Source: a virus. Taken from it: 64,000 nt of DNA. Position numbers and translations under genes: made by a program. Below the pieces are notes generated by a model, which worked only from the letters and a program-made list of their open reading frames with translations, had not been told where the DNA came from and ran no database searches. Below are positions 55,441 through 63,878 of the stretch, one piece after another; within the stretch, counting starts at the first letter, position 1; each line of letters opens with the position of its first letter. The DNA lies in the IMG/VR virus record IMGVR_UViG_3300018018_000001, positions 117,622-181,621 of that record; one strand, 5' to 3'.

Positions 55441-56012
55441 TGCCTAAGATTCTTGATTTAATGAGAAAAAGATTTGGAAAGTTAGTTGTTATTGATAGGG
55501 GGAAAAGAAGAACTCCTAACGGGGCTATGTATTGGTTATGTAAATGCGATTGTGGAAAAGAGAAAGAAATTCCAAGTAGATGCTTGGTTACTGGAGATAG
55601 CAAGAGTTGTGGTTGTGCATACAAGCTTCCAGATGGTGAATCAATGTTTCGTGTTTATCTAGGTAGGATAAAGAGAAATGCTAAAATTCGTAATCTTTCT
55701 TTTCTCCTTTCTGACGAAGAGGTTAGGTCTCTTAGTAAACAAAACTGTCATTATTGCGGTTTAGAACCAAAACAAAAGGCTCATCAGAAATATTCTAATG
55801 GTGATTATATTTATAATGGTATTGATAGGATTAATAACTCCAAGGGATATGAAATTGAAAACGTGGTTCCATGTTGTGTAACATGCAATTATGCTAAAAA
55901 AGGAATGTCTTATGATGAATTTATTTTGTGGATAGATAGGGTGCATAATAATCTATCTAAAGTATTTGGGAAAAGAATGTCTGTAATTTCTTTTTTAAAG
56001 GAAAATAAGTGA
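55440..56012 (+). CDS. HNH-like homing endonuclease
   Basis: KRFGKLVVI, WLCKCDCG, CHYCG, GIDRINNSKGYEIENVVPCCVTCN. Confidence 0.85.
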   Translation: MPKILDLMRKRFGKLVVIDRGKRRTPNGAMYWLCKCDCGKEKEIPSRCLVTGDSKSCGCAYKLPDGESMFRVYLGRIKRNAKIRNLSFLLSDEEVRSLSKQNCHYCGLEPKQKAHQKYSNGDYIYNGIDRINNSKGYEIENVVPCCVTCNYAKKGMSYDEFILWIDRVHNNLSKVFGKRMSVISFLKENK

Positions 56013-56548
56013 TCCCTACTAGAATATTCTTTACCAAGGGTGTTGGATTCCATAAGGATCAGCTGATCTCTTTTGAAGCTGCCCTGAGGGATGCTAAGAT
56101 TGCTCCTTATAATTTGGTTAAGGTATCCAGTATCCTTCCCCCTAAGTGTGAGATAGTCAAGAGAGAGATAGGGATAGGTCTTCTTGCTCCAGGTCAAATT
56201 GTTAATGTAGTCTTGGCCAGGAATGAGGTTAAAGAGAATAGGAGGCTTATCTCTGCGGCTATTGGTGTGGCTATTCCAAAGGATAATCAGGTGCATGGAT
56301 ATTTATCGGAGCTTCATTCTGAGGGGTTAAATGAAAGAGAGTCCCGGGATTGGGCTGAAGATAGAGCTGCAGAATTGTTGGCTTCTACCCTTGGAATTCA
56401 GTTTAATTCGGATAAGGCTTGGGATGTTGATAAGGATATTTTCAGGATAGGCAAGAGGGTGGTTAAGACCAAAAGCATATGCCAGTCTGCGATTTGTAAA
56501 AAGAATTTGTGGACAACCGTAGTGGCAGCGGCTGTATTTGTTCCCTAA
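56009..56548 (+). CDS. pdaD: Pyruvoyl-dependent arginine decarboxylase
   Basis: FFTKGVG, SFEAALRDA.IAPYNLVKVSSILP (Ser-Ser self-cleavage site), HGYLSE, WTTVVAAAVF. Confidence 0.93.
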   Translation: MIPTRIFFTKGVGFHKDQLISFEAALRDAKIAPYNLVKVSSILPPKCEIVKREIGIGLLAPGQIVNVVLARNEVKENRRLISAAIGVAIPKDNQVHGYLSELHSEGLNERESRDWAEDRAAELLASTLGIQFNSDKAWDVDKDIFRIGKRVVKTKSICQSAICKKNLWTTVVAAAVFVP

Positions 56549-56573
56549 ACTTTTTATCTGTTTCTGCCGATAA
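56546..56573 (+). promoter_or_regulatory. sigma28-like promoter P14
   Basis: TAAA-N16-GCCGATAA; TAA is the stop codon of pdaD. Confidence 0.85.
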
Positions 56574-56593
56574 GATAATTAAGGGAAGGAATT

Positions 56594-56989
56594 ATGAATA
56601 GACAGGAAATGATTGACAATCTCATGTGGAATAGCGGGGGAACAGGATATGGAATTTGTTCTTTTTCCATTGCAGGGGCTATGATTTGGAATGACATGAG
56701 ACCCAAGACTCCAGAGGATGATTTGAAATCAGTGGTTGCCATTATGGAACCTAAGGATCTTTACACTGATGAGGAATTAGAGAAATTGGTAGCTTTTTCC
56801 AAGGAGAAAACAGCCCGGTATGATGAAATGTATAGGTGGCGAATGGGTTGTAATCTTATATTTATTGGGAAAAGTGAAAGGGTTGAGAAGGGTGAATTTT
56901 ATTGGCTCAGGAAAAGGCAATCCTGGAATATGGGACCTATGCATTCCAATACACTTGATGAAGCTTTAGAAGTAATGGGTAAAAATTAA
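56594..56989 (+). CDS. Hypothetical protein
   Basis: First gene after P14. Confidence 0.7.
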   Translation: MNRQEMIDNLMWNSGGTGYGICSFSIAGAMIWNDMRPKTPEDDLKSVVAIMEPKDLYTDEELEKLVAFSKEKTARYDEMYRWRMGCNLIFIGKSERVEKGEFYWLRKRQSWNMGPMHSNTLDEALEVMGKN

Positions 56990-57558
56990 TGGTAAAATTA
57001 TATAATCTATCATCCATTCCCTCTGAGGTTTTGATGCCTGTCCTCCAAATAGCCAAGAGAGCGGCTAAGTGCAGGGGAAATATCATTGTTAAAGTTACTA
57101 AAGGTGGGAGATACACTACATCCAAGGCTATTATGTGTAGTTGGGTTGCTAAATTTTTCTTATCCAAAAGGAGTTATACTAAATCAAGTGATAAAACCAA
57201 ACTTAAAAAGGGTAGAGTCTACACTGATGGGGGTTGCGTCATTATGTCTCCCCGGAGCAAGTCCGACCCACTGGAATTTGCTCTTAGTATATTTGAGACT
57301 GCTATTCATGAGTTTGCCCATATTCGTGACCGTCAAGATGGTAAAAGTTTTACGGATTATAACAAGATGTGGAAGAACAGGCCCCATGAGAGAAGAGCAG
57401 TGGCGGCTACTCAGGATGCTCTAAATGAAATTGAGAAACAAAAAATAAGAAAAGAGAAAAAAGATGAGGCGATATTGAATTTAGCTGTTGCATTGGAGGC
57501 AATGAAAAAAAAGAGAATCCAGGTAAAAATGAATCCTATTGTCATAATTCATATTTGA
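56989..57558 (+). CDS. HExxH metallopeptidase-like protein
   Basis: AIHEFAH followed by RPHERRA. Confidence 0.6.
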   Translation: MVKLYNLSSIPSEVLMPVLQIAKRAAKCRGNIIVKVTKGGRYTTSKAIMCSWVAKFFLSKRSYTKSSDKTKLKKGRVYTDGGCVIMSPRSKSDPLEFALSIFETAIHEFAHIRDRQDGKSFTDYNKMWKNRPHERRAVAATQDALNEIEKQKIRKEKKDEAILNLAVALEAMKKKRIQVKMNPIVIIHI

Positions 57559-57884
57559 AAAATAAAAAGAAAAGAATTGATCAACAACGTAAAAATGATA
57601 AAATACTATTTAGTGAAATATTAGACCATTATGGTCATAAGTGTATTTGTGGAAGTATTGAACACTTAGTAGTAGATCATATTGGAGGTAAAAATAAAAT
57701 TCCATGTAAACGTCAAACAGGAGATACCCTTTGGAGATATCTTAAGAAAAATAATTTTCCACCAGGATTTAGAATTCTTTGTCATTCATGTAATATTATA
57801 GATGGATTTCTACGAAAGAATAAAAATCTTAGAATAAATGGAATTGATGATTTGATTAAATTAAGAGATATTGTAAGGAGGTAG
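57555..57884 (+). CDS. HNH endonuclease, family B (short)
   Basis: HYGHKC, VDHIGG, NNFPPGFRILCHSCN, INGIDDLIKL. Confidence 0.75.
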   Translation: MKNKKKRIDQQRKNDKILFSEILDHYGHKCICGSIEHLVVDHIGGKNKIPCKRQTGDTLWRYLKKNNFPPGFRILCHSCNIIDGFLRKNKNLRINGIDDLIKLRDIVRR

Positions 57885-57888
57885 AAAA

Positions 57889-58083
57889 ATGGGTAATCCA
57901 CAATTCAAGATAACAATGATAATGGAAACCACTAAGGAACCTTTTAACAGGCAGGTGGAATATCTTACTAGAATGGATATGGCTATGATACTTTCAGACT
58001 TAATCAAAAGGCAAAAAGACATAAAGAAAGTTACAGTTATCGACTTTGAAAAGCTAGAGGTTAGGGATGAAAAAAAGGGTTAA
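57889..58083 (+). CDS. Hypothetical protein
   Basis: AGGAGGT RBS. Confidence 0.6.
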   Translation: MGNPQFKITMIMETTKEPFNRQVEYLTRMDMAMILSDLIKRQKDIKKVTVIDFEKLEVRDEKKG

Positions 58084-58474
58084 CCGAAGCCGGGTCAGGG
58101 TCTTACTGGAGGAATTCAATAGGTATCCTGAGATTATTATTCAATACCTGGAATCCTCTGTCTGTTTTACCTTCCCTGAATTGATAGATCCTATTGATAA
58201 AGGTGAATTTCACTGTATGTTTTCTTATGAAGGACTTTCTGAGGCTGAAGGAGACTTTAGATCTTTTATAATCAGAGCGGGTAATAAGTTAGGGGATTGT
58301 GATTTGGAAGAGGTGGCACATAAGTTTTTGATGAGTAGAAATGGAATCCCTGGATTCTGGAATCATTATCCCAAGGTGTTGGCTGATAAACTGGATAGGA
58401 TCTGCAGACGATTTCCTAAAGTATCTGTAAAAAGAAACACGGAGGGATTATTCTATTATGTCCAGACTAGATGA
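58067..58474 (+). CDS. Hypothetical protein
   Basis: FLMSRNG.PGFW motif. Confidence 0.65.
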   Translation: MKKRVNRSRVRVLLEEFNRYPEIIIQYLESSVCFTFPELIDPIDKGEFHCMFSYEGLSEAEGDFRSFIIRAGNKLGDCDLEEVAHKFLMSRNGIPGFWNHYPKVLADKLDRICRRFPKVSVKRNTEGLFYYVQTR

Positions 58475-58948
58475 AGAATTTGATATTGTGAGAGAGACAG
58501 ATTTCTTCCTGGCCATTACCACTTTAAAGGTTGGCCTAATAGATGCTATCTTTGGTCCTCAGGGTGGTATCTTTATTTTGGATGATCGTGAATGTCTTGT
58601 CTATCATAGACCTCATTCAAAATATAGAGGAATCTATCTATCAGTTGATAACATTATGAGCTTCCATTGGAAATGGCTCATAGACCGATTTAAAAGAGCC
58701 GTGGACGTTACCCCCCTAAAGAAACTCCTAAACCTTCTCAGGATTCTGCCGATAAGACAAGTAAGAGTAAAAGCCTGGATGATCAGATTTCAGATCTTTG
58801 TGACCATTGTACTCTTGGTAGGTGTTCAGGCCCATGTGATGAATATTCAAGATTACTTGATGAGGATAGTAAAAAGAAAAAGACACCTAAAGAAAGATTT
58901 GGAACAATGGAGTTTGATTCAGATGGTAAATCCCATATGAATGACTAA
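58458..58948 (+). pseudogene. Hypothetical gene with probable frameshift at C6 run (58711-58716)
   Basis: The alternative frame has no start codon near its beginning and is open from 58694 to TAA 58948, just before the next RBS; it reads KETPKPSQDS...CDHC. Confidence 0.45.
58729..58755 (+). promoter_or_regulatory. sigma28-like promoter P15 (intragenic)
   Basis: TAAA-N15-GCCGATAA. Confidence 0.7.
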
Positions 58949-58965
58949 GTAGGAGGCCAGGTCAA

Positions 58966-59163
58966 ATGGATAAGGGAGTTTGTCCATATTGTGGTAAAGA
59001 ATTTGAGGTTGGCAAGGGGGATTATGGTTATGGAATGCTATGTCCTCATTGCAAGAGAAAGATAGATGTATTTCCTGACCCAGTTTGGATTGAAACCAGT
59101 TGGGGAACTTTAGGAGTATCAAAACATTTTCTTTCAGATGTAATTGGAGGATTAAACAAATGA
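58966..59163 (+). CDS. Small zinc-ribbon protein
   Basis: CPYCG...CPHC; AGGAGG RBS. Confidence 0.65.
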   Translation: MDKGVCPYCGKEFEVGKGDYGYGMLCPHCKRKIDVFPDPVWIETSWGTLGVSKHFLSDVIGGLNK

Positions 59164-59471
59164 AGATTGATGCAAGTGATTTTCTGCCTATTGTTCCCCA
59201 GTGCATGGGTTGTTCTAAGGTTGACCCTCAAGATTTGCCCGATACCAAACCTGTTGAGATTATTGAGGTTCCCATGAATGTATCCCCGGAAATGCCTAAG
59301 CCTGTTTTGGAAGTGCCTGAGACAAGAAGGTGCATGACTTTTCTCAGCCCGGAATCTAAATGGATGAATGGCCGAAAATGCCCTGTGGCTACCCATCTTG
59401 CGAAAGAGGAAAAGAAAGAAGTTAAATACGTGGACCCGATTAAGAAATCCAAGAGAAGTATGGGGAAATAA
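59160..59471 (+). CDS. PxxKW-family cysteine-rich protein
   Basis: IVPQCMGC...C.TF.SPESKW..G.KCPVATH...VDPIKKSKR. Confidence 0.7.
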   Translation: MKIDASDFLPIVPQCMGCSKVDPQDLPDTKPVEIIEVPMNVSPEMPKPVLEVPETRRCMTFLSPESKWMNGRKCPVATHLAKEEKKEVKYVDPIKKSKRSMGK

Positions 59472-59933
59472 TTGGATAGTAGAATAAAGAAATATAGAAA
59501 TAATCATCCAGAAAAGGTTAAAAAGTGGAAAAAAGACCACTATAAAAATAATAAAGAAAAAATTCTCAAGAGAATGAAGGAGTGGTATTGGAAACTATGG
59601 TTAGATACAATAGATCATTATGGGGGTAAGTGTTCTTGTTGTGGGGAAAGTAACCCAATGTTTCTAACTATGGATCATATTAATAATGATGGATACATTT
59701 GGAGAAGAAATATTTATAAGGAAAGAGGGTATAATAATAAAAGAGGAACACGTGGAGTAAGCACTACAGTACATTTAATTTGGATTAGAAAGAATAATTA
59801 TCCTAAAGATTTACAGTTATTATGCTTTAATTGTAATTGTGGTAAAAATAGAAATAAGGGGGTTTGCCCTCATTATGGGATAATAGAATATTTGGAACAG
59901 ATTAGGAGAGAAAATGAAAAAGCAAAAGATTGA
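59472..59933 (+). CDS. HNH endonuclease, family B-related
   Basis: HYGGKCSCCGE, LTMDHINN, NNYPKDLQLLCFNCN. Confidence 0.8.
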   Translation: MDSRIKKYRNNHPEKVKKWKKDHYKNNKEKILKRMKEWYWKLWLDTIDHYGGKCSCCGESNPMFLTMDHINNDGYIWRRNIYKERGYNNKRGTRGVSTTVHLIWIRKNNYPKDLQLLCFNCNCGKNRNKGVCPHYGIIEYLEQIRRENEKAKD

Positions 59934-60320
59934 TGGACCCCACAAGTGCCTTGGTTGTGATAAGCGTATTCCCAGAAGATATGCTGAAAGCCATAAGAAA
60001 GATTGCCCTCATACCAATTTGACTGAGACTGTAAAGAGATTGCAAGAGAAAGGTTTTAGAGGGAGGGGAGAATGATTTATTTATTAATTTCTATGACTAT
60101 CATTGGTTTGGGTCTTTATTTTATCCTGATTGCAAGGTCTGGATCTGATGAACATGTACCCCATCCTGAGGAGAAAAGATCATGAATAGGAAAGATAAAA
60201 ATCTAAAAAGGGCAAGACTGTCTGAGGGTAAAGTTTATGCTACAGCAGTTGATCCCAAGAGGAATCGAAGGAAACGGAAAACTAAAAAAGGAAAAATAAT
60301 ACTATTTAGAGATTTCTGAT

Positions 60321-60703
60321 ATGTCTATAAAAATAGAAAAAGTTTGTGAGGATTGTAATTCTTTATATACTCCTACAAGTAATCATCAAAAGAGATGTAT
60401 TTCTTGCAGAAGAAAAAGAAAGAATTATAATAGAAAATGTTACTATCAAAAAAATAGAAAGAAATTATTAGCTAATGTGCTGCTACTGAAAATCTTGGGG
60501 TAGACCACATTGGTGGGTATGATGGTAAAAGTCCAAGAGGTAAAACAAAACTCTGGATATGGCTTAAGAAAAATAATTTTCCTCCTGGGTTCCGAATTCT
60601 TTGTGATAGATGTAACTTTTTAGATGGGCAACTTCGTAATCATCCTGCTTTAGGGGTTAATGGAATTGATGACTTAATTAGATTAAAGAAGTTGGATAAG
60701 TGA
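60321..60703 (+). pseudogene. Frameshifted family B HNH endonuclease
   Basis: First frame stops at 60503; second frame reads ENLGVDHIGG...NNFPPGFRILCDRCN...VNGIDDLIRL; the HYGH.C segment is missing. Confidence 0.8.
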
Positions 60704-60715
60704 CAGAAAATGTCA
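60701..60715. promoter_or_regulatory. Palindromic operator candidate O4
   Basis: (G)TGACA-GAAAA-TGTCA(C), 13 nt upstream of P16. Confidence 0.6.
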
Positions 60716-60728
60716 CTAAAGAAATAGC

Positions 60729-60756
60729 TAAACTTTCTCCTTGGATATGCCGAAGA
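60729..60756 (+). promoter_or_regulatory. sigma28-like promoter P16
   Basis: TAAA-N16-GCCGAAGA. Confidence 0.8.
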
Positions 60757-60777
60757 GATATATAAAGGGAGAGGAAA

Positions 60778-61152
60778 ATGAAACTGGATTTTAATGATAT
60801 TCTAATCGGAATCAAATCAGGAAGATATACAAATCAGAGAGTTCTACCTTTGAAAGTGTATGATAAATCAAAGTATTCTGATTATAATCAGGACGAAAAG
60901 TTATTTTTCCTGGAGCAGGAAAGAGTAGATAGCTTATTCTTTTTTGACTGCCGGAAAGCTTTTGAAGGGTATATTCAACATTTGACTAATGACCAATGGA
61001 AATTGGTTTTAGATTATATCCTATCAGGAATTACAGGAGTTACCCGTGAAGGTCTTCTTACCAAGTTATCTGAATTTGCACCATTGGCCGAACAATTCTT
61101 ATTTATGAATCGGACAAGGAGAGTTCATCGAAGTAGAGAATTGAGTTTATGA
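60778..61152 (+). CDS. Hypothetical protein
   Basis: First gene after P16. Confidence 0.65.
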   Translation: MKLDFNDILIGIKSGRYTNQRVLPLKVYDKSKYSDYNQDEKLFFLEQERVDSLFFFDCRKAFEGYIQHLTNDQWKLVLDYILSGITGVTREGLLTKLSEFAPLAEQFLFMNRTRRVHRSRELSL

Positions 61153-61290
61153 CTTGGAGAGAATCCGGAGTAGTACTTGGAAAAAGGTGGGAAAATGAGA
61201 TGAGGGAATTCCGGACCAAAAAATTACCTCCCGAAAGACTGCCTCTCATTGCTGCAGGTCTTTCATTACTTCGGATTCTCAGAGGGAAAT

Positions 61291-61554
61291 ATGAAAACTG
61301 TAGATGAAATTATTTCCTCTTGGTCTGCCAGTGAGAGGGAGAAATTTTCTGACTTGATTAAGGAATGTAAGGAAAGAGAGAAAAATATTAATGAGTGCTC
61401 TAGCGGTATGAGAATTTTTCTAGCAGATCTTGACGATGAGATCAAGCATTTTTTAGAGGTTAATGAAACTTTGAAAAAAGAGTCCCAAAATCTTTTGGAA
61501 ACATGCCTTGAGACTCTTTTAAAAATTTCTCCAGCGGGAAAGGTTCCTAATTGA
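61291..61554 (+). CDS. Coiled-coil hypothetical protein
   Basis: GAGGG RBS; start adjusted. Confidence 0.6.
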   Translation: MKTVDEIISSWSASEREKFSDLIKECKEREKNINECSSGMRIFLADLDDEIKHFLEVNETLKKESQNLLETCLETLLKISPAGKVPN

Positions 61555-61555
61555 A

Positions 61556-61924
61556 ATGAGAACAATTATTTTTCTTATGGGAATATTTCTTATGACAAGC
61601 ATATGCCAAGCGGCAGATCCCTGGAGTGAGCGGGATAAATACCTGGAGGCCACTTACTTTGTATTCCATCTTACAGATTGGGCGCAGACAAGAGATATAG
61701 AATCCCGCTCAAATGAGGGGTATTATGAAACTAATAAAGTATTGGGTAAACACCCCTCACTGGATCAAGTGAATGGATATTTTATTGCAACTGGTCTTCT
61801 TCACCTGGGGATTGTTCATTTATTGCCGAAAGAATATCGTCCATGGTTCCAGATCATTACTATTGGGGTTGAGGTTGGTTGTGATGTTCATAATTATTCT
61901 GCTGGAGTAAGACTTAAGTTTTAA
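61556..61924 (+). CDS. Secreted or membrane hypothetical protein
   Basis: Signal peptide; DWAQT...ETNKVLG; terminal Phe. Confidence 0.65.
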   Translation: MRTIIFLMGIFLMTSICQAADPWSERDKYLEATYFVFHLTDWAQTRDIESRSNEGYYETNKVLGKHPSLDQVNGYFIATGLLHLGIVHLLPKEYRPWFQIITIGVEVGCDVHNYSAGVRLKF

Positions 61925-61949
61925 AATAAAAATAAGAAAGGAGAAGAGT

Positions 61950-62309
61950 ATGAAGAAATTAGCATTACTGTTGGTGGTGGTTTTGATTTTAGCTTTTGGG
62001 TATACGAAAGCGGAAGCGGCCCGATACAAGATTATGGACAATAAGGGTGGTGTCAGTTTCTACTTGGATGGAAGCAGTATCATGAATGAGAAAAATGAAT
62101 TTGTTAGCAATACTGGGGTGGTTATGACCCATTCTAATAAATTCATGATGTCTCAATCGCAACCGGGATGGCTACCTGTTATTTGGATAATGATTCCTTA
62201 TCAGAATGATGTTATTTTCTTAAGGGCTATGATTGACAATGATAAGGGAACCTATAGGTTATACACTGTAGGGAATAGAATTTGGGGGAAGCTTGTGAGG
62301 GTCCAGTGA
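61950..62309 (+). CDS. Secreted hypothetical protein
   Basis: Signal ending AEA. Confidence 0.7.
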   Translation: MKKLALLLVVVLILAFGYTKAEAARYKIMDNKGGVSFYLDGSSIMNEKNEFVSNTGVVMTHSNKFMMSQSQPGWLPVIWIMIPYQNDVIFLRAMIDNDKGTYRLYTVGNRIWGKLVRVQ

Positions 62310-62461
62310 TAAGATTTATCCTTTTGGTCATAATATTTTGCTTGACTTTTTCTTGTGCAAGCGTTAAGATGATCAAAGATTGTCCAGATGCATATTTGAT
62401 TGACCGAAATGGAATGGAAAGACAGGAATTAAAGATCATATGCTGGTAAGGAGGTAGAGAG

Positions 62462-62965
62462 ATGAAAAGACTATTGTTTGTGGTTTTGGTTTTGGCTTTT
62501 GTGTTGCCGGGGTGCCGTGGAGCGTTTCCATTTCTTTTTGGTGCTGCGGCTGGTTCCTTGATTACTTATGAAGCCACAAGGCCCCGTACTGTGGTAGTGG
62601 CTCCTGCACAATCTGTTCCCCCTTGTCCTCCAGATACTCCCCCTGAGGAATGCCTAAATGCGAATGCTGGTGTTCCTCCTGAAGGGTATATCCTTTATCC
62701 AGGGACTTCATATTATTACTATCCTTATAGTCCGTATCCTCTGTTCTGGTATGGAGGGTATTTTTATGGATTCTGGGGGGGATATTGGCATGGAAGATAT
62801 GGTTATCATGGATATTGGGGTGCTCCTCATTATATGCCCAGAGGTATGAGTGGATTCCATAGAGGCTATACTCCAAGAGGAGGGGGATATAGAGGAGGTG
62901 GGGGTGGTAGAGGGTACGGTGGTGGACATGGAGGTGGCCATGGTGGTCATGGAGGACACCGTTAA
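62462..62965 (+). CDS. Lipoprotein with Pro-, Tyr- and Gly/His-rich low-complexity tail
   Basis: Lipobox LPGC; YYYYPYSPY, GGGGGRGYGGGHGGGHGGHGGHR. Confidence 0.75.
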   Translation: MKRLLFVVLVLAFVLPGCRGAFPFLFGAAAGSLITYEATRPRTVVVAPAQSVPPCPPDTPPEECLNANAGVPPEGYILYPGTSYYYYPYSPYPLFWYGGYFYGFWGGYWHGRYGYHGYWGAPHYMPRGMSGFHRGYTPRGGGYRGGGGGRGYGGGHGGGHGGHGGHR

Positions 62966-63183
62966 TGCTTGAAATTTGGGAAAAAGCTATTTTTTTAGAG
63001 AGATTCATGCGAAAGTATGTTCCCAAAGGATGGGTTGTGCCTATTAGTAATGTTTGTTTTATTCCTTATATTTCTGATAAAGAGTATGAGGATATAGAGA
63101 AGGGAGTCATACCTAAATCATTGGATCAACCTTATTATCGAGAAGCGATTGCTGAATTTTTAAAAGAGGTAGAAAATGAATGA
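62965..63183 (+). CDS. Hypothetical protein
   Basis: ORF with TAATG overlap. Confidence 0.55.
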   Translation: MLEIWEKAIFLERFMRKYVPKGWVVPISNVCFIPYISDKEYEDIEKGVIPKSLDQPYYREAIAEFLKEVENE

Positions 63184-63460
63184 TGGAACAGGGGGGAAAA
63201 TAAAATCTCCTATGACCGGCCTCTTGGTTGCCTCCCAAGAGGTGGGAGAGCCTCCTTGCAATAAGCCCTCCTGTTCCCCTCCTACTGAAGAAGAAAGAGC
63301 AAGGATGACTCTTAAGGCTATGATGGATACTTGTAGCCTTGCTACTTCCGATATGCCGGAGGGTTTCTTTAGGTATGTTAAATTTGGAGAGATGATTTGG
63401 AAAGCCTTTGAGTTGGGAAGGATTTATGAAAAGAACAGGATCAAAGATGAAAATGAATAG
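63176..63460 (+). CDS. Hypothetical protein
   Basis: GAGGT RBS. Confidence 0.6.
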   Translation: MNDGTGGKIKSPMTGLLVASQEVGEPPCNKPSCSPPTEEERARMTLKAMMDTCSLATSDMPEGFFRYVKFGEMIWKAFELGRIYEKNRIKDENE

Positions 63461-63656
63461 AGTCAAGATCCGAATACCCGTTTCACTGAGGCCCTCCAAA
63501 GTCATAGTGCCGAAGAATGTTTACAAAAGGAAAGAGGGGAAGAGAGTTGAAATCGAATAATTTTAAAGAGTTACTTGAGAAGTTTAGGAAAGCTATAGAC
63601 AAAAGAATAAAGGAATTACAAAAACTAAAAGAGGATATTAAGAAGGTGAGGGAATC

Positions 63657-63878
63657 ATGAATCAGAGACATTCTTTTTTTCATATTGAAGCGGGAAGGAC
63701 TGGTGACATTTGGGTAGATGATTGCTACTACAGTTTCTTGCAATTTAGAAGAGATTTTTCCAAATTGCTTGAGATAAAGAAAGAGTTCAGAGTTGTCAAA
63801 GCTTGTTCCCTTGTAACAGATGGTCAAGTAAATAAGATCAAGATCCTGATTAAGGATAACGGAGGGACTCTGGTATGA
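63657..63878 (+). CDS. Hypothetical protein
   Basis: GAGGG RBS. Confidence 0.55.
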   Translation: MNQRHSFFHIEAGRTGDIWVDDCYYSFLQFRRDFSKLLEIKKEFRVVKACSLVTDGQVNKIKILIKDNGGTLV

